Position numbers and translations under genes: made by a program. Below the pieces are notes generated by a model. The model ran no database searches and was not told the origin of the DNA. It saw only the letters and a program-made list of their open reading frames with translations. Of a DNA stretch of 64,000 nucleotides, positions 20,031-30,767 are shown in pieces. Within the stretch, counting starts at the first letter, position 1. The number at the start of each line of letters is the position of its first letter. Source of the stretch: Thermoprotei archaeon (GTDB taxonomy: Archaea; Thermoproteota; Thermoprotei; QMSL01); assembly GCA_003650925.1 (NCBI GenBank), contig QMSP01000006.1, positions 18,971-82,970 on the forward strand, given 5' to 3'.

Positions 20031-20126
20031 ATATGATAATCCACCAAGGCTCCTCCTATATGGTGAAGTTAGGCGCTCTTACACCCTCTATTCTCTCATT
20101 AAAGCTTGAGAACTCGAAATAGGATT

Positions 20127-20537
20127 CTACTCTTGGTCAAGCTCTGATAGAACCCTTCTAACAGCTTGTTTGACGTGCTCAAGCTCCATCTTAAGCCTTG
20201 AATACTGCTCATTCATCTCGATCCTTTTGATCAGCTCTCCTAAGTCATTTAGGAATCGCTCCAAATGCTCTTGTACGAGAACTGAAAAGCCCTTCGTAGT
20301 AGCGTACAGATTCTTTCTTCCAATCTTTCCAACTCTCTTTACGAGACCTTTTGCCTCAAGAGCTGTTAAGTTCTCGCTCATTGTACTTATACTGCATCCT
20401 AATAGCGAAGCTAGATAGTCTTGAGTGAGAGGCCCTAATAGCAGAAGAGCACTTAATATTCTGCCCTGACTTTCTGGTATACCAATTCTGTATAACAATT
20501 TAGTAAGCTCCCTGACTATCAGTAACAGGCTCTGCAC
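20127..20537 (-). CDS. MarR/TrmB-like winged-helix transcriptional regulator
   Basis: A 136-aa protein whose wHTH reads LTQDYLASLLGCSISTMSENLTALEAKGLVKRVGK, with a C-terminal coiled coil. The start is GTG. Confidence 0.6.
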   Translation of the reverse strand: MQSLLLIVRELTKLLYRIGIPESQGRILSALLLLGPLTQDYLASLLGCSISTMSENLTALEAKGLVKRVGKIGRKNLYATTKGFSVLVQEHLERFLNDLGELIKRIEMNEQYSRLKMELEHVKQAVRRVLSELDQE

Positions 20538-20547
20538 GATGCTACCC

Positions 20548-20572
20548 GTTCGATATTTTAAAAATATCGAAC
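20548..20572. promoter_or_regulatory. perfect 25-bp palindrome GTTCGATATTTTAAAAATATCGAAC overlapping the TATA-like core upstream of the MarR-like gene
   Basis: The 12-nt arms are exact reverse complements around a central A. The palindrome starts 11 nt upstream of the regulator's GTG and contains TTTAAAAATA. Confidence 0.55.
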
Positions 20573-20763
20573 TCTTAAAATTATGCCTTTCTAATAAACT
20601 GCTATTATTGACTTACTTTAACGTACTATATTCCTAGTTTTGAACTATTATATATCTCTTATTAGAAATTATCAGTTACTATTTATGGTGATGAGAACCT
20701 CCGTGTCCTGAACATGGTGAGCCTCTAGAGGCTATATTTTTTAAGAGTTATTTAGAAAAAATC

Positions 20764-21216
20764 ATGAGGGTTAGTCGTATGGGCAAGTTCAAGCAGGGAT
20801 ATGAATTTCTTGAACATACTGCTGATGCATACATTGCTGCCTATGGCAAAGACCTTAATGAAGCATTTGAGAATGCTGCTAAGGCTATGTTTGATGTCAT
20901 GACCGACGTTAACACTATAGAGCCAAAGGAGGAGATATCAGTAGAGGTTGAAGCTGAGGACCTTAAAGAACTCCTCCACAACTGGCTGGAGGCTCTACTT
21001 CTAACATTTGATGAAAAGCGCTTGGTCTTCTCAGAGTTTAAAGTCAATATTGAGAAGCTAGATGGTGGATATAGGCTGAGAGGAGTTGCAAAAGGCGAAC
21101 CTTTCAATCCTGACAAACATCCTCCCGAAGTAGAAGTCAAAGCCATAACATACTCTCTGATGGAGATCAAAGAAGATGAGGAAGGAGCCTACGTGAAATT
21201 CGTCTTGGACATATAG
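20764..21216 (+). CDS. archease (RtcB activator)
   Basis: [14 protein letters not shown]...[17 protein letters not shown] is the archease family signature, and the gene lies directly upstream of rtcB. Confidence 0.85.
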   Translation: MRVSRMGKFKQGYEFLEHTADAYIAAYGKDLNEAFENAAKAMFDVMTDVNTIEPKEEISVEVEAEDLKELLHNWLEALLLTFDEKRLVFSEFKVNIEKLDGGYRLRGVAKGEPFNPDKHPPEVEVKAITYSLMEIKEDEEGAYVKFVLDI

Positions 21217-21266
21217 ACCACTCAATATTTTTAACCCCCAACAACTATTCCTTTAACGGTGTCTAT

Positions 21267-22715
21267 ATGGTTCCTCCTCTCAAGAGGATCGAGAGTCTAG
21301 TGTGGGAGATCCCTAAAGGCTATAAGCGAGGGATGAAGGTACCTGGCAGAGTATTTGCTGATGAATTCCTTCTTGAGAAGATGAAGTCAGACCTTACACT
21401 TGAACAATGCGCTAATGTTGCGTGCTTGCCTGGCATATATAAATACGCCATAGTCCTACCTGATGGGCATCAAGGCTATGGATTTCCAATAGGCGGAGTA
21501 GCTGCCATGGATGCTGAGGAAGGTGTCATCAGTCCTGGAGGAGTAGGCTACGATATAAACTGTGGAGTACGCTTGATAAGAACTAATCTCACAGCTGATG
21601 ATGTAAGGCCCAGGTTGAAGGAGCTAATAACATTGATCTTCCAGCTTGTACCAGCAGGGCTTGGAGGTACTGGAAAGATAAGGTTGAGCATCTCAGAGCT
21701 CGACAAAGTATTGGCATCAGGAGTTGAGTGGGCCATTGAAAATGGATATGGATGGCACGAAGATGCTGACTTCTGTGAGGAAAGAGGATGTATGGAGAAG
21801 GCTGACCCCTCAAAGGTATCAGATAGGGCTAAGAATAGAGGGAGAAATCAGCTCGGCACGCTTGGCAGCGGCAATCACTTCCTTGAGATACAGGTTGTCG
21901 ATAAGATATACGACCCAGAGGCAGCTAAGGTGATGGGTATTGAACATGAAGGACAAGTAATGGTGATGATTCACACAGGTAGCAGAGGATTTGGTCATCA
22001 AGTATGTGATGATTACCTTAGGGTAATGAGAAGGGCTGTACGCAGATACAACATATACCTGCCTGACGAGGAGCTTGTATGCGCACCAGCTGATAGTCCG
22101 GAGGCCGAGGATTACTTCGCAGCCATGTCATGTGCATGTAACTTCGCCTGGGCTAATAGACAATGCATAACTCACTGGACGAGAGAAGCCTTTGAGCGAG
22201 TATTTAAGACTGATGCAGAGGACCTAGGTATGCATCTTATCTACGATGTTGCACATAACATTGCCAAGTTAGAGGAACACTATGTGGATGGCAGAAGAGT
22301 TAAAGTCTTCGTACACCGAAAAGGAGCCACCAGGGCATTTCCACCTGGCCATCCGGCAATACCTGCTAAATATCGTTCAATAGGCCAACCAGTGCTCATA
22401 CCGGGAAGCATGGGCACAGCCTCTTATGTGCTTAAGGGCACTAAGAAGGCTATGGAGATAACATTTGGCTCTACAGCACATGGTGCTGGAAGAATGCTTA
22501 GTCGAGAAGCTGCTAAGAGAAGATACTGGGGCTCTAGGGTTATTCAAGAGCTGGAGTCAAGAGGCATTATAGTCAAAGCGGCTAGTTTACGAGTAGCTGC
22601 TGAGGAAGCTCCTGGAGCCTATAAGGATGTAGATAAAGTGGCCGATGTTAGCCATCGTGTAGGCATAGCTCTTAAAGTCGCCAGGCTAGTGCCATTGGCA
22701 GTAGCTAAAGGATAG
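21267..22715 (+). CDS. rtcB: RNA-splicing ligase RtcB
   Basis: [29 protein letters not shown] and HNIAK motifs are present. The 482-aa length means there is no intein. Confidence 0.93.
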   Translation: MVPPLKRIESLVWEIPKGYKRGMKVPGRVFADEFLLEKMKSDLTLEQCANVACLPGIYKYAIVLPDGHQGYGFPIGGVAAMDAEEGVISPGGVGYDINCGVRLIRTNLTADDVRPRLKELITLIFQLVPAGLGGTGKIRLSISELDKVLASGVEWAIENGYGWHEDADFCEERGCMEKADPSKVSDRAKNRGRNQLGTLGSGNHFLEIQVVDKIYDPEAAKVMGIEHEGQVMVMIHTGSRGFGHQVCDDYLRVMRRAVRRYNIYLPDEELVCAPADSPEAEDYFAAMSCACNFAWANRQCITHWTREAFERVFKTDAEDLGMHLIYDVAHNIAKLEEHYVDGRRVKVFVHRKGATRAFPPGHPAIPAKYRSIGQPVLIPGSMGTASYVLKGTKKAMEITFGSTAHGAGRMLSREAAKRRYWGSRVIQELESRGIIVKAASLRVAAEEAPGAYKDVDKVADVSHRVGIALKVARLVPLAVAKG

Positions 22716-23333
22716 CTATCTTGACGCTAAGGCTATCCTCTCTATCTCATCCTTCTGTCTAATTGCATAGCTCCTTGGATCGTTCTTTGCTGCTAATATT
22801 ATCTCCTCCGCTAGACACTCCTCTATGCTCTTTGGATTGCTAAATGCAGCTTGTCGCGCTCCCTCTGTTATGAACCTGAGAGCAAGATCAACTCTTCTTT
22901 GTGGAGATACGTCTACAGCTACGTGGTATACTATGCCTCCATAAGCTATCCTAGTGGTTTCCTCACGAGGAGCAGCATTCTCTATGGCCCTTACAAGCAC
23001 CTGCAATGGATTCTCTCCTGTTCTAAGATATATTATGTCGAAGGCTCTCTTTACTATGTTATAGGCTAGATGCTTCTTCCCAGTATTCTTTCCAGGCCTC
23101 ATAAGTTTGTTAATCAGTCTTTCAACTATGGGGACTTCTGCCTTCCCAAAGCGCTTTTTAGCATGCCTTCCTCCTGTATGCGGAAGATAGACAGGTTTCA
23201 GGCAAATGTACCTTCTCAGCCCTGGATCTCGTATCTCTATATCCTCATAACTCCACTTACCAAAGAGCTTGATCTCAGGCTCCTTCCTTTCCTCAGCCTG
23301 ACTTTCCTCCTTCTTCGTCTTCTTGCTCATCAC
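22716..23333 (-). CDS. rps7: ribosomal protein S7 (uS7/S5e)
   Basis: [22 protein letters not shown]...[20 protein letters not shown]...[12 protein letters not shown] is archaeal S7. Confidence 0.9.
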   Translation of the reverse strand: MMSKKTKKEESQAEERKEPEIKLFGKWSYEDIEIRDPGLRRYICLKPVYLPHTGGRHAKKRFGKAEVPIVERLINKLMRPGKNTGKKHLAYNIVKRAFDIIYLRTGENPLQVLVRAIENAAPREETTRIAYGGIVYHVAVDVSPQRRVDLALRFITEGARQAAFSNPKSIEECLAEEIILAAKNDPRSYAIRQKDEIERIALASR

Positions 23334-23473
23334 AGCTCACCTGTCGCGCGGCTTAGACTTCTACTTGGTGTATTTTAAGCTTAACTCCACTACGCAATAT
23401 ACCTCACACTAAGTTTACAAATACGTATATTAAACCCTTGAGGATGTATTCTTGGAAAGCTCAGGTGATAGTA

Positions 23474-24451
23474 ATGAGCGAAATACTGTGGACTGAGAAA
23501 TATCGTCCTCGCAAGCTAGATGAAATAATAGACCAGGAGGAGGTTGTTGCTAGACTGAAGCAGTTTGTTAGAGAGAGGAATATACCTCACCTTCTATTTG
23601 CAGGTCCTCCTGGAACTGGTAAAACTACTGCGGCTTTATGCCTAGCCTACGAATTATATGGTGATAGGTGGAGAGACAATGTACTTGAGCTTAATGCCTC
23701 TGATGAAAGAGGCATTCAGACTATTAGAGCGCGAGTTAAGGAGTATGCGAGAACGGTAGCTCTAGGAGAGGTCCCCTTCAAACTAATAATACTTGATGAA
23801 GCAGACAATATGACTAGTGATGCACAGCAAGCTCTTAGAAGAATCATGGAGCTCTATACAGCAACTGCGCGTTTCTGCCTCATAGCCAACTATCCCTCCA
23901 AGATAATAGAGCCTATTCAGTCGCGCTGTGCTTTCTTCAGATTTCAGCCTTTAAAGAAGGAACATGTCATTGAGCGCCTTAGGTATATTGCTCAGCAGGA
24001 GGGAGTCGAGGTAACTGAAGATGGCCTTGAAGCTATATGGGAAGTCTCAGAGGGTGACATGAGGAGAGCTATAAACACTCTTCAAGCAGCAGCTGCGCTT
24101 GGAAGAGTGGACGCTGATGCGGTCTATAGAGTTGTAGGAAGAGCTAAGCCCAAGGAGGTAGCTGAGATGCTTGCACTAGCCCTTAAAGGTAACTTCCTGG
24201 AGGCCAGAAGGAAGCTAAGAGAGCTGATGATAAACTATGGACTTTCAGGTGTCGACATCATAAAACAAGTGCACAGGGAGATAATGAGTCCACGCTCTGC
24301 CCTTAAGATACCTGAAGATGTGAAAGTGGAGCTAGCGGATCTAGCAGGCGAAATAGAGTTTAGAATGGTTGAGGGAGCTGATGATGAGATACAACTCTCA
24401 GCCTTCTTAGCTAAGTTAGCTCTTATAGGAAGACGTCTTTACAAAGGCTGA
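23474..24451 (+). CDS. rfcS: replication factor C small subunit
   Basis: [14 protein letters not shown]-loop [13 protein letters not shown]-like IILDEADNM, and the SRC motif ([10 protein letters not shown]). I take the ATG at 23474; the track lists an upstream alternative start at 23438. Confidence 0.9.
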   Translation: MSEILWTEKYRPRKLDEIIDQEEVVARLKQFVRERNIPHLLFAGPPGTGKTTAALCLAYELYGDRWRDNVLELNASDERGIQTIRARVKEYARTVALGEVPFKLIILDEADNMTSDAQQALRRIMELYTATARFCLIANYPSKIIEPIQSRCAFFRFQPLKKEHVIERLRYIAQQEGVEVTEDGLEAIWEVSEGDMRRAINTLQAAAALGRVDADAVYRVVGRAKPKEVAEMLALALKGNFLEARRKLRELMINYGLSGVDIIKQVHREIMSPRSALKIPEDVKVELADLAGEIEFRMVEGADDEIQLSAFLAKLALIGRRLYKG

Positions 24452-24456
24452 GATCT

Positions 24457-25731
24457 ATGAGTGCCAGAGCAAGCCTTAGACTTCCCTGGGTCGAGAAATA
24501 CCGTCCTCGAAGATTAGCAGATATGGTAGGCAATGCTAGCGCTATAAGGGAGATCGTGGCTTGGCTTAAGAGCTGGGAGAAAGGCATTCCTGAAAAGAGA
24601 GCTCTTCTCATCTATGGACCTCCTGGCGTAGGCAAGACTACATTAGTGCATGTACTGGCTAGGGAATTTGGCTATGAGCTCATAGAGATGAATGCTAGTG
24701 ACTTGAGGAGAGCTGAGGATATAAGAAGAATAGCTCGAGCCGCTGACATAGGCTCTCTCTTTGGCTCAAGAGGCAGAATAATATTCTTCGATGAAGTTGA
24801 TGGAATGAGTGGAACTGAGGATCGAGGAGGTCTGGCTGAGATAATGGAGGTCATAAAGGAGACTCGTATTCCCATAATACTCGCTGCCAACGACCCTTGG
24901 GATCCTAGATTTCGCCCTCTAAGAGACTTATGCAAGATGGTACGAATGGACAGGCCTAGGCCAAGCGATATTGTAAAGCTTCTCAGGAGGATATGTCTTG
25001 CTGAGGGTATAAAGGCAGACCCTGCTGCTTTAAGAGTTATTGCCGAGAACGCAGAGGGGGATATACGGTCTGCGATAAATGACCTTGAAGCAATAGCTGA
25101 AGGAAGGAAAGTGATAACAGTAGATGATGTTCGCCACTTAGCCAAGCGCAATAGACAACATGACGCCTTCGCAACCCTGAAGATGTTATTCTCTGCCAGG
25201 CGATGTGACCAAGCGAAAGCTATCCTGAGTCAATCTCTTCTCGACTACGATATGTTACTTCAATGGATTCATGAAAATCTTCCCTATCAATACAAAGACC
25301 CTGAGGAGCTTGCCAAAGCATATGAAGCTCTGTCCAAAGCCGATATGTATTTTGGAAGAATAGTAAAAACTCAGAACTGGGGTCTTCTCAGCTATGCCCT
25401 TGAGATGATGACAGCTGGCGTAGCCATGGCTAGGAAGCGTCCTTACCGATTTGTAAAATATCAATTTCCTCAGCGCATACTGCTCATGGCTAAGACAAAG
25501 GAAGTTAGACGCCTACGTGAGGAGATATGTCGCCGCATAGCATCGAAGTGTCACGTCTCCAGGAAGTGTGCTAATGCCGAGGTCCTCCCCTTCCTTAGAG
25601 TCATATTCGAGGGCAATCCAAAAATGGCTGCTGGCATAGCTAAATGGCTAGACCTTAGTGAGGATATGATAAGGTTCATCGTGGGAGATCGCAGAAAAGC
25701 GAAGGAGATAGTCAAGTACATGAGGAAATAG
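24457..25731 (+). CDS. rfcL: replication factor C large subunit
   Basis: WVEKYRPRRLADMVGN, P-loop GPPGVGKTT and IFFDEVDGM. It begins 5 nt after the rfcS stop. Confidence 0.85.
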   Translation: MSARASLRLPWVEKYRPRRLADMVGNASAIREIVAWLKSWEKGIPEKRALLIYGPPGVGKTTLVHVLAREFGYELIEMNASDLRRAEDIRRIARAADIGSLFGSRGRIIFFDEVDGMSGTEDRGGLAEIMEVIKETRIPIILAANDPWDPRFRPLRDLCKMVRMDRPRPSDIVKLLRRICLAEGIKADPAALRVIAENAEGDIRSAINDLEAIAEGRKVITVDDVRHLAKRNRQHDAFATLKMLFSARRCDQAKAILSQSLLDYDMLLQWIHENLPYQYKDPEELAKAYEALSKADMYFGRIVKTQNWGLLSYALEMMTAGVAMARKRPYRFVKYQFPQRILLMAKTKEVRRLREEICRRIASKCHVSRKCANAEVLPFLRVIFEGNPKMAAGIAKWLDLSEDMIRFIVGDRRKAKEIVKYMRK

Positions 25732-26575
25732 AGTTCTCAAATGCCCTTCTCATTACATCATAGACCTTTCCAAGCGTGTAGAACTTGTACACCTTATCAG
25801 TCAAGATCCTTATCACTCTGAGAAGAGTGACTCTATCCACCTTGAAGACTACATTCTTATACGTTACATTCCATAATATCAGCCCCTCAGGAGGAGCGAG
25901 TCCAAGACCTTTTATCAGCTTTCGCTCCCTCAGAGCGTATTCAAGCTCTTTTATCAATAACTCCCCTCTTCCAACTTTAAGAAGCGCCATAACACAGGCC
26001 CTTATTAACCCTCTATAGAAGCCTGGCCCTTTCACATCAACCTCTATAAATCCATCCCTCACATTAACCTCTATGGACATGCTCCTTATGCTCTGCTCAT
26101 CACTTACTCCTAAAAAGCTATAGTCGTGAGTCCCACTCAGAACATGAGCTGCTCTTTTCATAGATTGAACATCCTCTCCCATGTAAGGTGCAAGGTATTT
26201 GTAATGCCTAGTCAGAGCATCTCGTCTTGGATTAAAATCTGGGCTGACGAGACTGAAAGCCCACATGCATGCCTTTGGCAACAACCTTCTGTTGATCCTC
26301 ATGGGTCTATTGATAATCTCCAAAGCCAAGTCCCTATCCGTGGTAAAGGCCACTACCTGACCTAGCGCACTAACCCCCCTATCAGTTCTACTTGCATGAG
26401 CCCACCTTGCCTCCTTTGGATCATCCACTATGCCCTCATCCATGAGGGCTCTTAAGAGGAAGTCCTCTACCGTCTCCCCATGAGGCTGTCGTTGAAATCC
26501 TCTGAAACATGTGCCATCGTAATATACCTTAGCTGCTACTCTCTGTCTTCTCATAGCTCCTCCTATACTCCTCAA
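25712..26575 (-). CDS. truA: tRNA pseudouridine(38-40) synthase TruA/Pus1 family
   Basis: The catalytic-Asp motif SRTDRGVSALGQVV aligns with RTDKGVHA. Confidence 0.8.
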   Translation of the reverse strand: MRSIGGAMRRQRVAAKVYYDGTCFRGFQRQPHGETVEDFLLRALMDEGIVDDPKEARWAHASRTDRGVSALGQVVAFTTDRDLALEIINRPMRINRRLLPKACMWAFSLVSPDFNPRRDALTRHYKYLAPYMGEDVQSMKRAAHVLSGTHDYSFLGVSDEQSIRSMSIEVNVRDGFIEVDVKGPGFYRGLIRACVMALLKVGRGELLIKELEYALRERKLIKGLGLAPPEGLILWNVTYKNVVFKVDRVTLLRVIRILTDKVYKFYTLGKVYDVMRRAFENSISSCT

Positions 26576-26846
26576 ATACCTTGAAGAGCTCCTTAAGCGC
26601 TTTTGCTCTAGGATCCTCCTCTCTGAACCTGAATATTCTTATTCTTCCAAAATTTTTCTCCTCTACAAGACCTGCTCTCTTTAAACTCTCAAGGTGAGCA
26701 AGTGTTGCAGAATGGTTAAGCTCAGCTCTTCTTGCTATCTCTGATATATTCAATTCACCTTTCTCAGCTAGAATTCTCAATATCCTTATCCTTCCTTTAG
26801 AGGAGAGAACCTCCTCTACAGGAAGAGCCTTATCTTCCTGTCTCAC
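26529..26846 (-). CDS. ArsR-family winged-helix transcriptional regulator
   Basis: RIRILRILAEKGELNISEIARRAELNHSATLAHLESLKRAGLV is an ArsR/SmtB HTH. The gene overlaps the cdc6 3' end and the truA start. Confidence 0.6.
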   Translation of the reverse strand: MRQEDKALPVEEVLSSKGRIRILRILAEKGELNISEIARRAELNHSATLAHLESLKRAGLVEEKNFGRIRIFRFREEDPRAKALKELFKVFEEYRRSYEKTESSS

Positions 26847-28044
26847 GTCTTAACACCTCTTCAACATATTTTTCAATAACATTGGTAGGAGCATCCTGAA
26901 AGCTTATCAGAGTTGTCTTTCCTCTATAACCTGGCCCAGAGATCCTCGTTGATATTATACCTACTTTCTTCAAATTCTGTACATAGCTCCAGACCTGGGT
27001 ATGTCTTCTAGGCCTCTCCCCCCACTCCTCACATACGAGCCTATATTCACGCTCAACAACTCCTACGGGCACATAAGCTCTCTGTGTTCTCTTGAGAGCA
27101 CGTGCAATAGCCAGTAATAATAACTTCTCATGCTTGGTAAGGTCTCCAACCAAATCCATTCTAAGTGATGGGTGAATGTCTCTCTTAGCTCTCCTAACGT
27201 GATCTGGAGTTACTAGAGTGGCAGATTCATTTTCTGCATACTTCCCTGCCCTCCAGAGAAGCTCTAGTGCATACCTTGCATCTCCTGGTCCGCCCATGTC
27301 AACTCCTGCTATGTCAGCTATGAGCTTCAGGGCTTCAGAGCTTACTGCTCCTTCCTTGAAGGCGAGCTCTGCTCTCTGCTCTATTATGTCATGAATCTGC
27401 TCTGACGTGTAGGGCTCAAACTTCACTATATTGTGCATTAACACACTAGTTATGCTAGCGTCTAGAGCTGGGAGCACCGATGTATCTCTCATGATAAGGA
27501 TGAAGCTGAACCTTTGTTTATCCTCGACATACTCTTCAGTTATTCTTAGAAGGTCATAGAGAGCTTCATCTTCGCTATATCTTATTAAGTAGTCGGCTTC
27601 ATCAAGCGCTACGAGAGCATACCAGTCCTTATCGTCTAGAACTTGCTTGACAACGTGCATCATCTCCTGAGGAGCTAGGCCTCTATTGGGAATGGCTGGA
27701 GATATTTCACTCGCTATTCTTCTCATAACCAGGAATAGCCTTCTATCCTTATGACAGTTTACATGAACATATCTTATCACTATTCCTTTCTCTTTTGCAT
27801 ACTTTTCGAATTCTATACCAAATCTCTTTGAGACAGCAGTTTTTCCAGTTCCTACTGGCCCTATCAAAAGCGCCTTCTGGCTCACACTACCTGGCCTATC
27901 TATGAGCACTCTGAATATTCTTGCCAAGGCTCTAAGCTGTTCACTCCTATGAGGCAGATATTCTGGAACATAGTCTGGAAAAAGCTTGCTCTCATCCTTG
28001 AATATAGATGACCTCTCTAGTTCTTTTTTTATGATCTCAAACAC
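26830..28044 (-). CDS. cdc6: Orc1/Cdc6 replication initiator
   Basis: AAA+ motifs (LLIGPVGTGKT, Walker B ALDEADYL) with a C-terminal winged helix. The start is GTG. Confidence 0.9.
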   Translation of the reverse strand: MFEIIKKELERSSIFKDESKLFPDYVPEYLPHRSEQLRALARIFRVLIDRPGSVSQKALLIGPVGTGKTAVSKRFGIEFEKYAKEKGIVIRYVHVNCHKDRRLFLVMRRIASEISPAIPNRGLAPQEMMHVVKQVLDDKDWYALVALDEADYLIRYSEDEALYDLLRITEEYVEDKQRFSFILIMRDTSVLPALDASITSVLMHNIVKFEPYTSEQIHDIIEQRAELAFKEGAVSSEALKLIADIAGVDMGGPGDARYALELLWRAGKYAENESATLVTPDHVRRAKRDIHPSLRMDLVGDLTKHEKLLLLAIARALKRTQRAYVPVGVVEREYRLVCEEWGERPRRHTQVWSYVQNLKKVGIISTRISGPGYRGKTTLISFQDAPTNVIEKYVEEVLRRETGR

Positions 28045-28166
28045 ATTTCTTGCCTCCGCTATCCTTATATAGGCTTTCTTCTACCCCCCATTTATATTTT
28101 TCCTTCGATTGATGAGACTGTAAGGCGAGAGATAGCCGAAAGTATTCTCCCAGTATTACCAGACTA

Positions 28167-28700
28167 TCATAGCTCTCCTCGTACCTTCTTCCTAACTAGT
28201 TCATCAGGGCCTATTATAGAGATGAAAGCAGCTTCTCCAAGTACTTGGACCATGACTATGTACGAGGGATTCCTCAGCTTAACTTTCACCCCTTCTATAC
28301 TCTCTCTTATCATACGTCCTAGTTCTCTTTCAAACTCTGAGCTGTTCTTGATCACTTTTCCTCTCTTCCTGCATCTTACGGCAAAGGTAACGCCACTTGG
28401 TATTTTACTTTTAGCCAATTCAAGACATAGCTTCTTTAGTGAACTCTCATCACATGTCCTTAATATAAGGTCTACTGGTATAATCCTGTATATGTATGCT
28501 GTACTCCTCACTCTTAGTAGCTCTATTGCCTCTTTCCTTCTAATGTTCTTCAGCTTGACTAAAAGATTATTGGTAGATACCTTCTCGACTTTGACTTCAG
28601 GGTCAAAAGGATATAGCGTATCGAGTATTTCTACCTTGGCCAATTCCTCCTTTCTATGCTTGGTAGTTACTAGTAGGAACTCTCCTTTCTTCATGTTCAC
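28167..28700 (-). CDS. THUMP-domain protein (putative RNA-binding/modification accessory)
   Basis: A C-terminal THUMP-like region (FAVRCRKRGK...YIVMVQVLGEAAFISI). The family assignment is moderate. Confidence 0.5.
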   Translation of the reverse strand: MNMKKGEFLLVTTKHRKEELAKVEILDTLYPFDPEVKVEKVSTNNLLVKLKNIRRKEAIELLRVRSTAYIYRIIPVDLILRTCDESSLKKLCLELAKSKIPSGVTFAVRCRKRGKVIKNSSEFERELGRMIRESIEGVKVKLRNPSYIVMVQVLGEAAFISIIGPDELVRKKVRGEL

Positions 28701-28736
28701 AAAGCTTAACCTCCTGATTGCTATAAGAGTTTAGTC

Positions 28737-29393
28737 GTGAGTCGAATAAAGGCGCTACTAGTCGACTTAGATGGAACCCTCGTCGATTCAAAGGAAGCTG
28801 ATGTCCTGGCATCTCTTGAAGCACTCAGGAGACGAGGCTTCATGGTGTCAAGAGAAAGTCTAGAGCCCCTATTTGGCTTCAGGGATGAAGAAATATATCG
28901 TAGAGTTCTTGGGATAACTGATGACAATCTTCTTAGATTCCTAGTCAAGGAGAAGTTAAAGCTATTCTTCGATAAATATATATTGAAAGTCAAGCCAATG
29001 TCTGGCGCACGTGAACTTCTAAGGTATGCTAAGAGTCAAGGTCTCAAGATATGTGTAGTGACCTCAAGTGATAGGGAGCTAGCCCTGCGAGAGCTGATAG
29101 TAACGTCTCTACTGTCCTACATAGACCTCATGGTAACTGCCGATATGGTTAAAAGATCCAAGCCATCTCCGGAACCAATCTTGAAGGCCTTAAGCCTTCT
29201 CGAACTTCGTGCAGAGGAAGTAGTCTATATGGGAGATACTGCTCTAGATCTGGAGGCTGCAATGGCTGCTGGAGTCAAGTACGTGATAGTACTTGACCAT
29301 GACAATATCGAGTCCAGACAACGGAATTTCATGAAGGCAAGAGATTTACATGAAGCTCTAGCCATACTCAAAGAACTCCTTAACACATCTTGA
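28737..29393 (+). CDS. HAD-superfamily hydrolase
   Basis: Motif I LVDLDGTLVDS with a downstream GDTALD motif. The start is GTG. Confidence 0.7.
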   Translation: MSRIKALLVDLDGTLVDSKEADVLASLEALRRRGFMVSRESLEPLFGFRDEEIYRRVLGITDDNLLRFLVKEKLKLFFDKYILKVKPMSGARELLRYAKSQGLKICVVTSSDRELALRELIVTSLLSYIDLMVTADMVKRSKPSPEPILKALSLLELRAEEVVYMGDTALDLEAAMAAGVKYVIVLDHDNIESRQRNFMKARDLHEALAILKELLNTS

Positions 29394-29434
29394 TGAATAT
29401 CTAAAAGTTCATAGGCTCTGATTATAGCAAGGGG

Positions 29435-30148
29435 TTGATCTTGAGACTTAACAGACTGGAGTTGGCCAAGATGATAGAGCATACTATATTAAGGCCTGAT
29501 GCCACCCTCAATGACATCAAGCGGTACTGCCATGAAGCCCTAAGATATGGCTTTAGAGCAGTTTACGTTCCCCCCATCTATGTAAAGGATGCCTATGAAC
29601 TGCTAAAGGGGTCTGATGTGGTGGTGGGCAGTGTTGTCTCTTTTCCCTATGGTTTTTCAAAGACTAGCGGTAAAGTGCAGGAGGCCTTATCAATAGTAGA
29701 GGATGGATGTAAATGTGTCGATATGGTCATGAATATATGCTTATTCAAAGATGGCAGATATGCTGATGTAGAGGAGGACATAAGGTCAGTAGTGAAGGCT
29801 GTAAAGGAGGTAGATGAGGAAGTAGAGGTCAAGGTTATAATAGAGACCAGCCTATTGACACCAGCTGAGATAGCCATAGCAACAAAGCTAGTAGCCAAGG
29901 CAGGTGCTGATTTCGTAAAGACCTGCACAGGGAGAGGACCTCGTGGCGTGACAGTTGAAGATATAGCCATCATAAAAAGAACACTCTCTGAGATATGCAT
30001 GGTAGATAAGGTAGGGATAAAGGCATCAGGAAGCATCAGAGACCTTAATAAAATGGTAGAACTCATAAAAGCAGGAGCCTCTAGAATAGGGACAAGTACT
30101 GGCGTGAGGATAATAGAGGAAGTTAAAGCGAATTATGTAGACCTATAA
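29435..30148 (+). CDS. deoC: deoxyribose-phosphate aldolase
   Basis: Class I aldolase TIM barrel with a FVKTCTG-type Schiff-base lysine region and a DeoC-like sequence throughout. Confidence 0.8.
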   Translation: MILRLNRLELAKMIEHTILRPDATLNDIKRYCHEALRYGFRAVYVPPIYVKDAYELLKGSDVVVGSVVSFPYGFSKTSGKVQEALSIVEDGCKCVDMVMNICLFKDGRYADVEEDIRSVVKAVKEVDEEVEVKVIIETSLLTPAEIAIATKLVAKAGADFVKTCTGRGPRGVTVEDIAIIKRTLSEICMVDKVGIKASGSIRDLNKMVELIKAGASRIGTSTGVRIIEEVKANYVDL

Positions 30149-30759
30149 GCCCTCCTCAACATACTTTTTATCCTCCTTAATACCTTTCCTTGAGCTTCCT
30201 TGTATATGGGGATTAATTCATTATACCTCCTCTTAACTGCAACTTTCACATAGTATTTCCCTCTTCTTTCAGCGTATAGAGAGCAATAGTGTATAATACA
30301 TATCACGGGCTTTTCCTCCTCGGCCAGGATGCACCATCTTTTCTTCACATCGTAGAGTACACAGCTACCTGCTACTCCTTTATCAAGTCTAAACACCTTG
30401 ACATCACCAACATAGGATAGTCTAACATAGAACCAGTCAAGTAGGTCTACCTCTATTGGAAGCTTGTCTTTGAACTCCTCAATCTCATGCTCAAAGGCAA
30501 AGGCTCCTGACGATCTAGCACAACATCTGCCGCATCCTATACATACCATCCTATAAGCATTGTCGAGAACCTCCTTCTCTATAGGAGTGAAAGCTCTTTT
30601 ATCAACTATGGTAGGGGGCATTTTGAACACTGGAGTATACAAGTTCCACTCTTGGATGTAATAGGTGCCTATGAAGTACCTCTTTCTAAGGCTGGCCATG
30701 TATAGGAGGAAGTAGTTCCACTCCTCTTCCTCGCTTGGCCTTTTCAAGGCATAAAACAT
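30133..30759 (-). CDS. YkgJ/UPF0153 family CxxCxxCC metal-binding protein
   Basis: CIGCGRCCA is the CxxCxxCC zinc/iron-chelating motif. Confidence 0.55.
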   Translation of the reverse strand: MFYALKRPSEEEEWNYFLLYMASLRKRYFIGTYYIQEWNLYTPVFKMPPTIVDKRAFTPIEKEVLDNAYRMVCIGCGRCCARSSGAFAFEHEIEEFKDKLPIEVDLLDWFYVRLSYVGDVKVFRLDKGVAGSCVLYDVKKRWCILAEEEKPVICIIHYCSLYAERRGKYYVKVAVKRRYNELIPIYKEAQGKVLRRIKSMLRRAYRST

Positions 30760-30767
30760 CAGAAAGC

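Noticed and set aside
19862-20122. ORFs 19862-20047 (-) and 19919-20122 (+) overlapping the tRNA
   Set aside because: They are artefacts of the GC-rich tRNA-Ser sequence; the region is fully explained by the tRNA.
20688-20711. GUGAUGA-13 nt-CUGA half C/D unit upstream of archease
   Set aside because: No C' box and no D box follow, so it has only half the architecture. It overlaps the likely archease promoter.
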